DNA from: an uncultured virus (IMG/VR IMGVR_UViG_3300048599_000797) | Taxonomy: Duplodnaviria; Heunggongvirae; Uroviricota; Caudoviricetes | Virus record (IMG/VR): IMGVR_UViG_3300048599_000797 | Length of the DNA stretch: 64,000 bases | Direction: 5' to 3' (one strand) | Part shown: piece by piece, positions 44,327-54,576 of the stretch | How the letters are laid out: each line of letters starts with the position of its first letter | Numbering within the stretch: the first letter of the stretch is position 1 | Program-made: the position numbers and the translations under genes | Notes under the pieces: generated by a model | Told to the model about the DNA's origin: nothing | The model's input: only the letters and a program-made list of their open reading frames with translations | Database searches by the model: none

Positions 44327-46015
44327 TCAGTAGTCCACGCCCGGCCGCAGCCGGTACACGCTCCCCAGGCCGCCCATGGCCGCGCGATCCAACTGGACCC
44401 CGTGGCGGTCCGAGTACTCCTGGTGCTTGTAGCTCGAGGGCACCATCCCGCGCTGCCGCTCCACGGTGTAGATCATGTACCGCAGCGCGTCGGCCAGGTC
44501 GTCGTCACGCTTCAGCGGCTGGGGCTTGGCGACCTTGGGGTTGAGCAGGTTCGCCTCGCTCGGCTTGCGGCTCCGCATCCAGCGATACTTCCGCATCTGC
44601 TGGATTAGGCGCACGCAGTTGCGGCCGATGTGCAGCTTGGGCTTGAGATTCTTCGGGTTCAGCTTCAGCATCGAGCGCACGCAGTTGATCCCGCCGTAGA
44701 CCTCGTTGTTGGCGGCCAGGGTGTTGATCCCCAACTCGCTGAACTCGGCGAGCTCGCCCGGCCGGCTGGGATCGGCGAAGCACTCACCCCAGCGACAGTA
44801 GCCCCGCACGCGCTTCACGCCCGACCTGCGGAGCTCCTTGTAACGCTTGCCCACCATCCGGTACCAGCCGCGGTTCTCCGCGATCCACTCCGGGTCGCGC
44901 CACTCCTCGGGCATCGGCCAGCCGTAGGCCAGCGACCGGGCCAGGATCTCGCACGCGTGGTCGCGGGTGATCGAGCCCTGGCTCGGGTTCCAGTACTCGT
45001 CGTAGATCCACCAATCGCCGATCCCGTCGCGATAGCCCCACACGTTGGCCTGCGGGTGCTCTTCGCTGGCGCCCCAGTCATTGCCGAGGTAGTGCTCACA
45101 GCCGGGCGGAAACTTGATGTCCTTCGGATCCACCACGTGCACGTTGACGTCGAACGACTCGTAGATCTGGTTCTCAAACCGCGCCAGGGCCCCGGTCATG
45201 CGCGTGTCGCGGAGCTCATCCGGCACCAGGCCGAAGAACTGCTCGAACCAGCCGCTGGCCAGGTTTTCCTTGTTGAGCTCCGTGTTCGCCCGGTAGAACT
45301 TCCAGCCGGCCGGGGGCTTTTCCATCACGACCTCCAGCCACGCGCAGAGCTCGGGATCGATCGGGCAAAACTCGGAGAACTGGCCGCCGGGAAACATGTA
45401 CTCGCGGCAACCGCGAAGGACTTCGATGAACACGTCCAGCACGAACTGCTCGCTGAACCAGAAGCCGCCGATCGAGCGGGCCTGCATGGCCGCCCGGCCC
45501 TGCTCATAGCTCTTGAACTCGATCACCCAGTTCTTCCCGGGCCGGCCCGACCAGGCCTTCAACGGGACCGAGGCGGGCATGTTCTCCCGGCGATCGAGCC
45601 AGGCGATCTCCTCGTAGCAGATTTCCGAGGCCGGGATGTGCCCGTGCCCCTCGAGCTTCTCGCCCCAGCACGTTTTGCAGACCTGGTCGTAGTTATTGCT
45701 GAGGATCCAGAAGGGCGTGTTCTTGCGTGGCGGCGGCTGATTGAGCAGGAAGTTCGCACACTTGAAAGCCGACGATTCGGTCTTGCCGGAGGCGTTGCCG
45801 CCGATCAGGAAGGCCACCGGGTCCTTGCCGTACACGTAGCTCGAGTGCTGGTCGAACGACTCGACCTTGTCCGGCCGCGGCTTGAGGTTCATGTACCCCA
45901 GCGGCGCTTCGTCACAGGCGCGGTAGTTCAGCAAATACGGGTCGGTCGCCAACAGCTCCTTGGCGTAGTCCCGATCCGCGCCCTCGAATCCCGCCAGCAG
46001 ATCAAGCACACTCAT
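44327..46015 (-). CDS. terL: Terminase large subunit
   Basis: Walker A GGNASGKT; FKSYEQGR..MQ; nuclease GNDWG, YDEY, ADPS, DDDLADALRY. Confidence 0.92.
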   Translation of the reverse strand: MSVLDLLAGFEGADRDYAKELLATDPYLLNYRACDEAPLGYMNLKPRPDKVESFDQHSSYVYGKDPVAFLIGGNASGKTESSAFKCANFLLNQPPPRKNTPFWILSNNYDQVCKTCWGEKLEGHGHIPASEICYEEIAWLDRRENMPASVPLKAWSGRPGKNWVIEFKSYEQGRAAMQARSIGGFWFSEQFVLDVFIEVLRGCREYMFPGGQFSEFCPIDPELCAWLEVVMEKPPAGWKFYRANTELNKENLASGWFEQFFGLVPDELRDTRMTGALARFENQIYESFDVNVHVVDPKDIKFPPGCEHYLGNDWGASEEHPQANVWGYRDGIGDWWIYDEYWNPSQGSITRDHACEILARSLAYGWPMPEEWRDPEWIAENRGWYRMVGKRYKELRRSGVKRVRGYCRWGECFADPSRPGELAEFSELGINTLAANNEVYGGINCVRSMLKLNPKNLKPKLHIGRNCVRLIQQMRKYRWMRSRKPSEANLLNPKVAKPQPLKRDDDLADALRYMIYTVERQRGMVPSSYKHQEYSDRHGVQLDRAAMGGLGSVYRLRPGVDY

Positions 46016-46238
46016 CCAAAGGCGCCTCCCCGGGGTCTTCGATGCACGCCACGCGGGCCGCGGTGCGCACATCCAAGAACCCGACGAGCCAATGCACGCG
46101 GTTCGGCCCGCGCGGGCAGTCGCCCTCGCCAGCCTCACCATGTTTCAAAAACGCCTCCCGCCCCGCGTTGTACGCGCGGGGGTTCACGCGCCGCGAGTCG
46201 CAGCGGTCGACCGGCACCTCGGGCTTAGCCTTCGCCAT
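46002..46238 (-). CDS. Small Rmf-fold-like protein
   Basis: AYNAGREAF....CP....R.HWL.GF. Confidence 0.55.
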   Translation of the reverse strand: MAKAKPEVPVDRCDSRRVNPRAYNAGREAFLKHGEAGEGDCPRGPNRVHWLVGFLDVRTAARVACIEDPGEAPLDECA

Positions 46239-46491
46239 GCGGTACCTCCTGCCCTCGCCGCGTGCGGCGATCGGCACTCCACTTTTCGAAGTACTCCACG
46301 GACGCACAGATCGAGGCGAATGTGAGCAGCACCACGAGAATGCACGCGCACCAGATGAGGATCCACAACGCAAAATCCACGCCCGGCAGGCTGCGCAGCG
46401 AGCCTCCTCCGCCGCGGCCGAAGATCGGCAACGGCGATGGGCTCGGAATGGGGATCGGAATCACAATCGAAAACGGATTCATGTTCGCCAC
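46225..46491 (-). CDS. Small membrane protein
   Basis: Single TM segment; coupled. Confidence 0.5.
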   Translation of the reverse strand: MANMNPFSIVIPIPIPSPSPLPIFGRGGGGSLRSLPGVDFALWILIWCACILVVLLTFASICASVEYFEKWSADRRTRRGQEVPHGEG

Positions 46492-47127
46492 CTACTGTTT
46501 GGCCACTTGTGCCCCGTACCGCTCGCAGACCATCGCCTCGTGCCGTTTCCGCTCCGCCACGCGTTCGGCCAGGTACTTGAGCGCCTCCTCGTCGATCTCC
46601 TGCCGCGTCTTGCCGGCCACGCGGAAATCGGTCTCCAGCGAAATCTTCTCCGCGGCATAGATCCCAGAGACCTTCGAAAACCAGTCCAGGCACCACCGCA
46701 CATAGTCCAGCCAGCAGGCCTCGCCGGTCCTGGTCGTGGCCCGGCTCACACGCTCCACCACGTCGCCGTCGACGCCTTCCTTCGCCAGCGTGCGCTTGAT
46801 CTGCTCCATCGTCTGGGGCTTCTGCGACTTCTGGAACTGCGCCCAAGCCACGGTGTAGAGGTGCTCCACCTTGAGCACGATCTCCTCGATCCGACTCTCC
46901 CAGATCGTGCGCTGCTTGGGGATGATCGAGGCGCCGAGGTGGTACTGGACCGTCGATCGATCGCAGCCGAGCTGCTTGGCAATCCAATACAGGCTGCGGC
47001 CCTCGCACCACCAGATGCGGATCCGCTCGATGTTCTCGGGCGTGCCCACGCGCTGCTCGGGATGCGGTTTCCCCGGGGCTCGATGAGCCGGCGCGGGAGC
47101 CGTTCGCTGCTGGTTCTGTTTGGCCAC
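46492..47127 (-). CDS. Putative terminase small subunit (HTH)
   Basis: GRSLYWIAKQLGCDRSTVQYHL; upstream of terL. Confidence 0.65.
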   Translation of the reverse strand: MAKQNQQRTAPAPAHRAPGKPHPEQRVGTPENIERIRIWWCEGRSLYWIAKQLGCDRSTVQYHLGASIIPKQRTIWESRIEEIVLKVEHLYTVAWAQFQKSQKPQTMEQIKRTLAKEGVDGDVVERVSRATTRTGEACWLDYVRWCLDWFSKVSGIYAAEKISLETDFRVAGKTRQEIDEEALKYLAERVAERKRHEAMVCERYGAQVAKQ

Positions 47128-47169
47128 GGTACCTGGCGAATAACTGGATAAGCTGGGTGATTTCGGAAT

Positions 47170-47430
47170 TTACGTGGAGCCCGGGGGCTCCTCGCATTTT
47201 CCGCTGGCCACACAAATCCTCGAAAGCAGTTCGGGATCCGTCGCGAAGGCGGATTCTGCGTGCTGCGTCGTAAAGGAATTTTCCCGCAGTTCCTTCACCT
47301 CGGCCTCGAGCTTCTGGATCCGCTGCTCGGCCTGGGCCAGGCGTTCGATGAGCTGCATGATCATCGGCGGAGCTTCTTCGAACCCCACGCGGCCGCCGGG
47401 CAGAATTACACCGCGTACGATGTCAGCCAT
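47170..47430 (-). CDS. Hypothetical coiled-coil protein
   Basis: Coupled ORF. Confidence 0.55.
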   Translation of the reverse strand: MADIVRGVILPGGRVGFEEAPPMIMQLIERLAQAEQRIQKLEAEVKELRENSFTTQHAESAFATDPELLSRICVASGKCEEPPGST

Positions 47431-48469
47431 GGGCGAAGGCCTCCGGCTCGGATTTCCAGCGTGCGATCACGGCCGCGACCTTCGCCGGCTTGACCTCCAG
47501 GTCCGGCCGGCTCACGTGGCGGCAGATTTCGATCGGGCTCTTGCCCGCCTGGTGCAGTTCGACGATCGACTGCTCGAGCGTCTTGGGCTTCTCGCTGGCC
47601 ACCGGGTCGCTGGCCGCCGCGCGGGGGCGTTTGCGGCCCCGCGTGGGATTCGCCTGCTCGGCCGCGATGGCCCGCTCAACCTCGGGCAGGACTTCTGGCT
47701 CGGCCGGCGCCCGCGAGGCCTCCGGCGGTGCGTAATCGAGCTCCGGGGGCTCCAGGCCCAACTCCCGAATCTCGTCGGCCGCCTCGTCGACCGTCATGTG
47801 GTGCATGCCGGCGATCTGCCGCAGGCTCAGGCCCTGCGCCACGAGTTCTTCCAGCGGCTCCGGCGGCCGCTCCACGGCCGCCTGGGCTTTTTCTCGCACC
47901 CGGGCACGCACCCGCTCGAGCTGCTCCCGATCCCGGCGGTCCTGCTCCTGGCGTTCCCGCTCGGCCGGCGGCACGAAGCCCGATTGGGGGCCCGTGTGCT
48001 TGCCGGGATGGGCCCGTTCCTCGGCCAGCTTCCACAATTGCGGCTGGCCGGTGCGCGGATCCATCCAGCCGTAGATCTCGCAGATCTGCCGCTCGTCGAC
48101 CTTCTGCGCCAGGAGGTCGCCGATCGACTCGAGATGCTTTCGCTCCGGCTCTTCCATCCCCCGCCACCGCGTCTCCATGGCCTCAAACGCGGCGTTGAAG
48201 GCGTTGTCCGGCAATCGCCGCGGGTCGCCCGACTGCAGCACCTGGTCCTGGTACCGCCGCCACTGCCGCTCCACGGTTTCCACGTCGCGTTGCAACGCCC
48301 GGCAGTCGCCCGGCATGTCGCCATCGCGGAACGCGGCAAAGCAGTCTTCGAGGGCCTCCTCGTAGGCCCGCGTGACCACCTCCGCGTCCGATTCGGCCCA
48401 TTGGTTTCGCGCCTCGGTCAGCAATTCCACCGAGGCCAACAATAGTTCGCGCCGCTCCTCGAGATCCAT
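47423..48469 (-). CDS. Hypothetical protein with repeated HTH-like motifs
   Basis: ESIGDLLAQKVDERQI / EPLEELVAQGLSLRQIA / IVELHQAGKSPIEI; AAGGAG RBS. Confidence 0.7.
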   Translation of the reverse strand: MDLEERRELLLASVELLTEARNQWAESDAEVVTRAYEEALEDCFAAFRDGDMPGDCRALQRDVETVERQWRRYQDQVLQSGDPRRLPDNAFNAAFEAMETRWRGMEEPERKHLESIGDLLAQKVDERQICEIYGWMDPRTGQPQLWKLAEERAHPGKHTGPQSGFVPPAERERQEQDRRDREQLERVRARVREKAQAAVERPPEPLEELVAQGLSLRQIAGMHHMTVDEAADEIRELGLEPPELDYAPPEASRAPAEPEVLPEVERAIAAEQANPTRGRKRPRAAASDPVASEKPKTLEQSIVELHQAGKSPIEICRHVSRPDLEVKPAKVAAVIARWKSEPEAFAHG

Positions 48470-48500
48470 GCTACGCTCCTTCCCGCGCTAAATGTCGCCC

Positions 48501-48830
48501 CTAGTCGATCAACTGAACGAGCAGCGTGCCGTACACTGCTCCCGCCGTGAGCTTGAAATGCATCTGCTGCCCGAGCCGCGTGTCGCCATAGCCGATATCG
48601 CTCGTGTTGAGCACGAAATTCTCGTTGGCCGCCAGCGTCATCGGGCCAATGATCGCGGCCGCATCCACACCCGACGCCGACTCGATGGTGAACGTGGCGC
48701 CGGCCGCACCGGCGGACAACACGCCGCCCAGCAGCCGCCAGCGCTTATTGGCCATGAACGTGGCGAGGGTTTTCGTGGCCGCGGCCACCTGCACCGGAAA
48801 TACGGGCCCCAGAGTTCCGAGTTGGCTCAT
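48501..48830 (-). CDS. Small beta-rich putative virion protein
   Basis: AGGAGG RBS; 109 aa. Confidence 0.6.
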   Translation of the reverse strand: MSQLGTLGPVFPVQVAAATKTLATFMANKRWRLLGGVLSAGAAGATFTIESASGVDAAAIIGPMTLAANENFVLNTSDIGYGDTRLGQQMHFKLTAGAVYGTLLVQLID

Positions 48831-48841
48831 GCTAAACCTCC

Positions 48842-51800
48842 TTACGTGGGTCGGGTTTGCCGCTCCAGCACCTCGACCAGGCCGCGGACGAGCGTCCGCT
48901 CGGCACCGGCCAGGCTGGCGGCGACCAAATCGAATTTGCAGGCGTCGAGGCCCAGCGGCAGGCTCCGCGTGGCCGTGCTGGTGAGCGGGAACCGCACCTG
49001 CGTGTGCGCCCCGGTGGTGATCACCGTTCCCGTGGACGCCGTGAGCAGCTCGTCGGTGAACGCGTTGCGGATCGTGAGCGTCACCACGGCCGAGCCAATC
49101 CAGGTGGGCCACGTGTCGCCGGCGTCTTCCCACACCAGGGCGTTTTCGCTGGCCACCGTGTATTCGTCGCCCCACACCAGCACCAGCGACTCGCCGGTGA
49201 GGCTCACCGCCGAAACCACCGTCACCTGGCCGGCACCGGTGATCAATGCGGTCTTGGCGGAGATCGCGTCCAGCCGATCGGTGATTTCACCCAATGCGTC
49301 GAGCACGTCGGACCCGACCTCTGGCGCGTTTTCCAACGCATTGGCCGTGAACTGGTACACCACGCCGTCGGCCACGAGCAGCGTGTCGAGCTTGGTGGTC
49401 ACGAGGTCCATCGCCGTAGCCTTCGTCGCCGCAGTGGTGGCCTGGGTGGCGGCCGTGGCTGCCGAACTGGCGGCCGCCGTGGCTTGCGTGGCGGCCGTCG
49501 CGGCCGAGCTCGCGGCGGCAGCAATGTTCGCGTTGTCGGGAGCGGTGTAGTCGGCCGCCGCCAGACGCGTGTTGACCACCGTGTTTGAGGCCGGGTCGCT
49601 CGGCAGGTTGTCGGTCTTCGTCTTCACCCCCGCCAGCACGGCCGAGGTCGCCAGCCCCGACTGGATCGAGGTGATCGTGCCCGCGGTGAGCGTCATCGCC
49701 GATCCGACCGCTGCGGGCGAGGCGGGCAGGTTGTCGGTCTTCGCCTTGATCGCGGTGATCCCCGCGTTGTCCGGCGCCACATAGGACGCCGACGCCAGGC
49801 GAGTATTCAGCTGGGTATTGCTCGCCGGGTCGCTCGGCAGGAGATCCGTCTTGGCCTTGATCGCCGTGGTCGTCGTGTTGATCGTACCGGCCGTGGTCGC
49901 CGCCGACGTGGCCTGGTTTGCGGCCACGACGATATTGGCGTTGTCCGGCGGCACGTAGGTCGCGCTGGCCAATCGCGTGTTGACCACCGTGTTCGAGGCC
50001 GGATCCGTAGGCAAAAGGTCGGTCTTGGCTTTGATCGCCGTGGCCGTGGTGGCCGTGGCCAGGCCCGACTGGATGGCCGCGATCGCCGTGGCGTTGGGGG
50101 CATTCACCAGGTCCATTTGCGATCCGACCGCTGCGGGCGAGGCGGGCAGGTTGTCGGTCTTGGCCTTAATCGCAGTGATCCCCGCGTTGTCCGGCGCCGT
50201 GTAGGAACTCGCCGCCAGGCGCGTATTGACCACGGTGTTCGAGGCCGGATCCGTAGGCAAATTGTCGGTCTTGGCTTTGATCGCCGTGGCCGTGGTGGCC
50301 GTGGCGTAATTCACCGCGCTCAACGTCCGTGCGTTGAGCTGCGAGCTGGTGACCGTTCCATAGTTGCTCAACGCGCTGGTTACGTGGGCCTCGATCGTGG
50401 TCTCCAAAGTCAATCCATCGTGAATCGCCTCAATGGCGTACGCGTTGGGCGCGTTCACCAAATCCATCTGGCTACCGACCGCCGCCGGCTGCGCGGGCAA
50501 CAGGTCGGTCTTGGCCTTCACGTCACTGAGCACAGTCGCCGTCGCCAGGCCGGCCTGGATCGCGGCCACGGTCGCGCCCGTAAGAGTCATGGCGGACCCG
50601 ACCGCCGCCGGTGATGCCGGCAGGTTGTCCGTCTTCGCCTTGATCGCTTGCACCTCGCCCCCGGAGGTCGCCGTCTTGGTGCCGGTGATGCCGATCGCGT
50701 AGCGGATCTGCTCGCGCTCGCTGGCGGTCCAGTCGCTGGTACCGCCGGCGCCCGACGGGCCGAGCTCCAGGGCATTGGCCGTGAACTGATACACCGCACC
50801 GTCGACCACCAACATCGTTCCCAGTTGGCTGGCCACGGTGTTGATCGTCTGCAGTTGCCCACCGATCGCCGTGGTCTTCGTGCCGTTGATCCCCAGCGCC
50901 GAGCGGATTTGCTCCCGCTCGGCTGCGGTCCAGTCCGTGCCGCTGCCCGCGCCCGAGGGGCCGAGCTCCAACGCGTTGGCCGTGAATTGGTACACGCCCC
51001 CATCCGCCACCAGCAGCGTATCGAGCTTCGCCGTCACCGCATCGATCGCCGTCGACTTCGTCGCGGCGGTCTCGGTCTGGCTGAACAACAGCGCCCACGA
51101 GCCCGAGGTGATCGTCTGCGCCGCGGCGGTGGCGGCCGAACTCGCCGCCGCCGTGGACTGCGCGGCCGCCGTGGAGGTTGCGGCGTACCACGTGGCGTAG
51201 ACTCCGCCCCCGGGGGCCGCCATCGCGCCACCGCTGGAGTTGAGGCCCAGCGCGCTCCGCATCTGAGCCACCTCGCCCGTGGTGAATTGCAGGGGCGCCA
51301 AGGCAAAGGCATCCGCCGTGAAGCGGTAGGTGGAGCCGTTGAGCACCAGCATCGTGCCGATCTGGTCCGTGATCGCCTTGATCGCGTTGGCCACGGTCGA
51401 CGTGGCCAGGCCGCTCTGGATCGCGGCCACCGTGCCGCTCGTCAGCGTCATCTGACTGCCGACGGCCGCCGGCGAACTGGGAAGCGTGTCCGTCTTGGCC
51501 TTGATCCCCGAGCAATAGGTCTCGATCGAGTTCGTGCGGGTGACGATCGTCCCGACGTTCGTGTCGATCGTAGCGATCCTGGCGTTATCCGGCGCCACCG
51601 TCGGCAACGCGTCGACCTTTGCCCGCAGCGCCTGCAGGGAGTGCGTGGCCGAGGTGAACGTGCCGCCGATCAACGCATCGGTGCTGAAATCGCTGCGTGC
51701 CAGGGAGCGGATCAGCGACAGCAACCAGACCTGGATCAGCGCGCTGATCTCGTTCACGGTCTCGCGGACCACGGTCACGCTGATCGCGGCCGAATTCACA

Positions 51801-52012
51801 AACTGGTAGGCCACGCAGGCGTAGTTCGTTTCGGCGGCCGTGGGCGCGTAGATCCACAGACCGCCTCCCTTGTGCGTCACGGTGCCGGCGCCGGCACCGT
51901 ACGTGCCGTTGTCTCCGCAGACGTAGACGGTCGTGGTGCCGGTGGTCACCCCCACGCCGTCGGCGTTGAACAGCTGCGCGGGTACGGTTTGGCCGGCGAC
52001 GTTTTTCTGCAT
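48842..52012 (-). CDS. Repeat-rich fibre protein
   Basis: 9 K[AT]KTDxLP repeats, 4 Y[QR]FTA[ND]A repeats; Ala/Thr-rich. Confidence 0.75.
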   Translation of the reverse strand: MQKNVAGQTVPAQLFNADGVGVTTGTTTVYVCGDNGTYGAGAGTVTHKGGGLWIYAPTAAETNYACVAYQFVNSAAISVTVVRETVNEISALIQVWLLSLIRSLARSDFSTDALIGGTFTSATHSLQALRAKVDALPTVAPDNARIATIDTNVGTIVTRTNSIETYCSGIKAKTDTLPSSPAAVGSQMTLTSGTVAAIQSGLATSTVANAIKAITDQIGTMLVLNGSTYRFTADAFALAPLQFTTGEVAQMRSALGLNSSGGAMAAPGGGVYATWYAATSTAAAQSTAAASSAATAAAQTITSGSWALLFSQTETAATKSTAIDAVTAKLDTLLVADGGVYQFTANALELGPSGAGSGTDWTAAEREQIRSALGINGTKTTAIGGQLQTINTVASQLGTMLVVDGAVYQFTANALELGPSGAGGTSDWTASEREQIRYAIGITGTKTATSGGEVQAIKAKTDNLPASPAAVGSAMTLTGATVAAIQAGLATATVLSDVKAKTDLLPAQPAAVGSQMDLVNAPNAYAIEAIHDGLTLETTIEAHVTSALSNYGTVTSSQLNARTLSAVNYATATTATAIKAKTDNLPTDPASNTVVNTRLAASSYTAPDNAGITAIKAKTDNLPASPAAVGSQMDLVNAPNATAIAAIQSGLATATTATAIKAKTDLLPTDPASNTVVNTRLASATYVPPDNANIVVAANQATSAATTAGTINTTTTAIKAKTDLLPSDPASNTQLNTRLASASYVAPDNAGITAIKAKTDNLPASPAAVGSAMTLTAGTITSIQSGLATSAVLAGVKTKTDNLPSDPASNTVVNTRLAAADYTAPDNANIAAAASSAATAATQATAAASSAATAATQATTAATKATAMDLVTTKLDTLLVADGVVYQFTANALENAPEVGSDVLDALGEITDRLDAISAKTALITGAGQVTVVSAVSLTGESLVLVWGDEYTVASENALVWEDAGDTWPTWIGSAVVTLTIRNAFTDELLTASTGTVITTGAHTQVRFPLTSTATRSLPLGLDACKFDLVAASLAGAERTLVRGLVEVLERQTRPT

Positions 52013-52016
52013 GGGA

Positions 52017-52847
52017 TCACCTCGCTCTCTGGTTCACTAACCCCGCCCATGCCGCCCGCCCCGCCGCCGCCGTCGCCAGCCCGGAAAACGCCGATTCCTC
52101 GGCCGCCCGCCAAGCGGCCATCGGATCCCGTGCCAAAAGCCGGATCTCCGTCGGAGACAACCCCCGGCTCCACATCGAGACCGGCCCCATCAAGCCCCAG
52201 AAGAGGTTCGTCTGCGTGGCCACCCACCCGCCGATCACCGTGTAGTCCGAATTCCCGTTGGGGTCGTAGGTCACGTTGTTCGACCCGTCGGGCACGCCGT
52301 CCAGCCACAAGTCGACGACCCAGCTGCCCGATCCTCCCCGCCGCCGCATGGCGAGCGTGTACCAGCGGTTGGCCTCGAGGTTCGTGCTCGAGGTGAGCTG
52401 CTGCCCTGCGCCCCATAACACGTTGACCCGCCCCGCCGTGCTGTTCAGCTGCAGCGCGTAGTCCGAGGCCGACACGCCGGTCCCGTTGGCGATCAACGTC
52501 TGGATCGCGCCGCCATCCACCGATGCCGTGGCGAACGAGATGACGATTGTCAGGTCGCCTTTTTGGTACTGGTTGCTGCACGTGATGCCCAACCCGTACC
52601 CGTAGTTCATGTACTGCAAACAGGCACCCCATGGCGATCCCCCGGGCACCCACACCAGCTCGGAGCCTTGCGCGCCGTTCACCTGTTCGATCCACACTCG
52701 CGCGGCGCGGGCGTTCTCGACCATCTTCTGATGCTGGATCCCCAGGCCGGGCGCGACCGCGAACCACAACCGGTCCCAGAGCTGCGGATAAGCAGCCTCG
52801 GCGGCGTTGCAGGCGCGGTCGGCGATCGAGACCGGCACGAAACCCAT
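52017..52847 (-). CDS. LamG/concanavalin-like domain protein
   Basis: NRWYTLA....LWLDG....IGG...F.G....V.MW.RGLS..EI. Confidence 0.8.
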   Translation of the reverse strand: MGFVPVSIADRACNAAEAAYPQLWDRLWFAVAPGLGIQHQKMVENARAARVWIEQVNGAQGSELVWVPGGSPWGACLQYMNYGYGLGITCSNQYQKGDLTIVISFATASVDGGAIQTLIANGTGVSASDYALQLNSTAGRVNVLWGAGQQLTSSTNLEANRWYTLAMRRRGGSGSWVVDLWLDGVPDGSNNVTYDPNGNSDYTVIGGWVATQTNLFWGLMGPVSMWSRGLSPTEIRLLARDPMAAWRAAEESAFSGLATAAAGRAAWAGLVNQRAR

Positions 52848-53330
52848 CTACAAGATCTCCCGGCAGTACGTTTGCAGGCGAAGGATCGACCCGCTGCTGT
52901 AGCCGGACAGCGGTTGATTCGTACGGTTCTTCAACAAGACCTTGAAATTCGTAGGATAGATCCGAATGCCATGGACGTGTGCCACCTGCACCGTAGTGAT
53001 GGCACGTACCGGAATCACGGCCACCGGTGGCACCGGGGGATCAATCGCGGCACCGCCGTCGGTGAACACGTTGTCGGTGTAGGTGTAGTTGTCCTCGTAC
53101 AGGAAATACACCTCCAGCACCTGGTTCAGCGTCGGCGAGCCTGATGGGAAGGTGAACGCCATTCCGATCAGCGCGAAGCATCGTCGGCCCGGGGCGGAAC
53201 CGTCGTCGTACGCATTTCCGTTGGGCACGATCCCAGCGCCAAACGCGCCGCTGCCGCCGGCGATCGTCTGGTTGCCGATCTCGCCCTGCGTCTGGAACAG
53301 CAACCCGCCCCACGTTTCGACTTTGGCCAT
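52848..53330 (-). CDS. Putative virion structural protein
   Basis: Beta-rich; GGAGG RBS; adjacent to LamG gene. Confidence 0.6.
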   Translation of the reverse strand: MAKVETWGGLLFQTQGEIGNQTIAGGSGAFGAGIVPNGNAYDDGSAPGRRCFALIGMAFTFPSGSPTLNQVLEVYFLYEDNYTYTDNVFTDGGAAIDPPVPPVAVIPVRAITTVQVAHVHGIRIYPTNFKVLLKNRTNQPLSGYSSGSILRLQTYCREIL

Positions 53331-53342
53331 TAGGGAACCCTC

Positions 53343-53696
53343 CTACGCTTTGGCGGTCAGCTCGCGCTGCTTTTCCGCGGTCCAGAAGCAGGGACGCGCC
53401 GCTAAGGCCTCGCTGAGCTTGGCCACCACGGCGGACATGTCTTTGCTCGCGGTCTGCGAAGCGACGAGCGCCGCGCGCGTCTCCCGCACTTCCTCGAGGA
53501 GCGTCGTTTGCACGTACTCCTCGAGCCGGTTGAGCCGCTCCGTGAGCCGCGTCTCGCGCTGCGCTGCGTCGGCCAGGATGAAGCGGATCAGGTAGCCGGC
53601 GCCGACGATGACGAACAACATGATCAGCGCCAACAGCCCGGCTTCCCACCCGCGGCTGGCGGCTTGTTCGACGACTTTCTGCGCTGCTTGTTCCAA
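53343..53696 (-). CDS. Holin-like single-TM coiled-coil protein
   Basis: TM then heptads; BhlA-like layout; adjacent to peptidase. Confidence 0.5.
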   Translation of the reverse strand: MEQAAQKVVEQAASRGWEAGLLALIMLFVIVGAGYLIRFILADAAQRETRLTERLNRLEEYVQTTLLEEVRETRAALVASQTASKDMSAVVAKLSEALAARPCFWTAEKQRELTAKA

Positions 53697-53720
53697 GATG
53701 CGATTCCTTTCCTGCTGGGG

Positions 53721-54491
53721 TTACACCGCCCGCCGAGTCTGCAGATACTCCTTGAGCTCCCTCGCGGAGATGCCCCGCTTCTTCTTGGGAGTGTTCACGG
53801 CGTCGATCACGCCATAACACTCGCAGCAGTAGGCGTCCCAGAACCGCCACGTCATGGGCTGCCAGCGCATCCAGGTCAGGCACACCGGCCCGTCCTTGGT
53901 GAACTTCACGTCGGCCACGCAGTGCCCGCCCCAGCTGCCCGCTACGCCGCGTGCGCCCTTGACCACGTCCCACACCTGGTTCTTGTCGATCTGGTCCGAC
54001 GCCGAGAGCGGCAGCCGCAGACCGACGTTCACGCCGAGGTCCAGGTAGATCGCCTGCTTCACCGCCTCGTGATCCTTGGGCGTGACCTGGGCGAAGGCCT
54101 TGATCTTGTAGTTCTGCCCCTCGGCCACCCAGCCGGACGTACGCCACCGCTTGAGCGACTTGAGGATCGACAGCCCCGAGTCGTTACCCCCGGATTGCCG
54201 GAAGTACTCGTCGACGACCTCGTCGTCGGAGATCTTGATCAGCCGCTGCTGCTCCACGAGCTCGAACCGCACGCGCTGGTTGGCCTGGCCGGCGATCACG
54301 CAGTCGCCATACCGATCGTTGGCGTACATGCGCAAGGGGATCTTCCGCTTGGCCGTGGCATCGAAATCGTACTCCGCCGGCACGGCGATCTTCTTGGCGA
54401 TCGCGCGGAACTGCAGGTTGCGTTCGTCATGCTGGGCGGCGCGGGCGCCGAGCTTGAATTCGGGGTGGTGGTGAATGCCTTTGGCGATCAT
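53721..54491 (-). CDS. Papain-like cysteine peptidase
   Basis: ND.YGDCVIAG; GGHCV; CLTW. Confidence 0.7.
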   Translation of the reverse strand: MIAKGIHHHPEFKLGARAAQHDERNLQFRAIAKKIAVPAEYDFDATAKRKIPLRMYANDRYGDCVIAGQANQRVRFELVEQQRLIKISDDEVVDEYFRQSGGNDSGLSILKSLKRWRTSGWVAEGQNYKIKAFAQVTPKDHEAVKQAIYLDLGVNVGLRLPLSASDQIDKNQVWDVVKGARGVAGSWGGHCVADVKFTKDGPVCLTWMRWQPMTWRFWDAYCCECYGVIDAVNTPKKKRGISARELKEYLQTRRAV

Positions 54492-54576
54492 GGCGGGCTC
54501 GAGTGAGGAGAGGAGGAGCAGTGCCAGGCCGAGGTGTAGCTCCCCGGCCTGGCACGTTGGCAAAAAGAGCGTGCGG

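Noticed and set aside
49500..51500. CRISPR-like or non-coding repeat array
   Set aside because: Repeats are in frame, vary at third codon positions and encode the fibre protein; no cas genes seen
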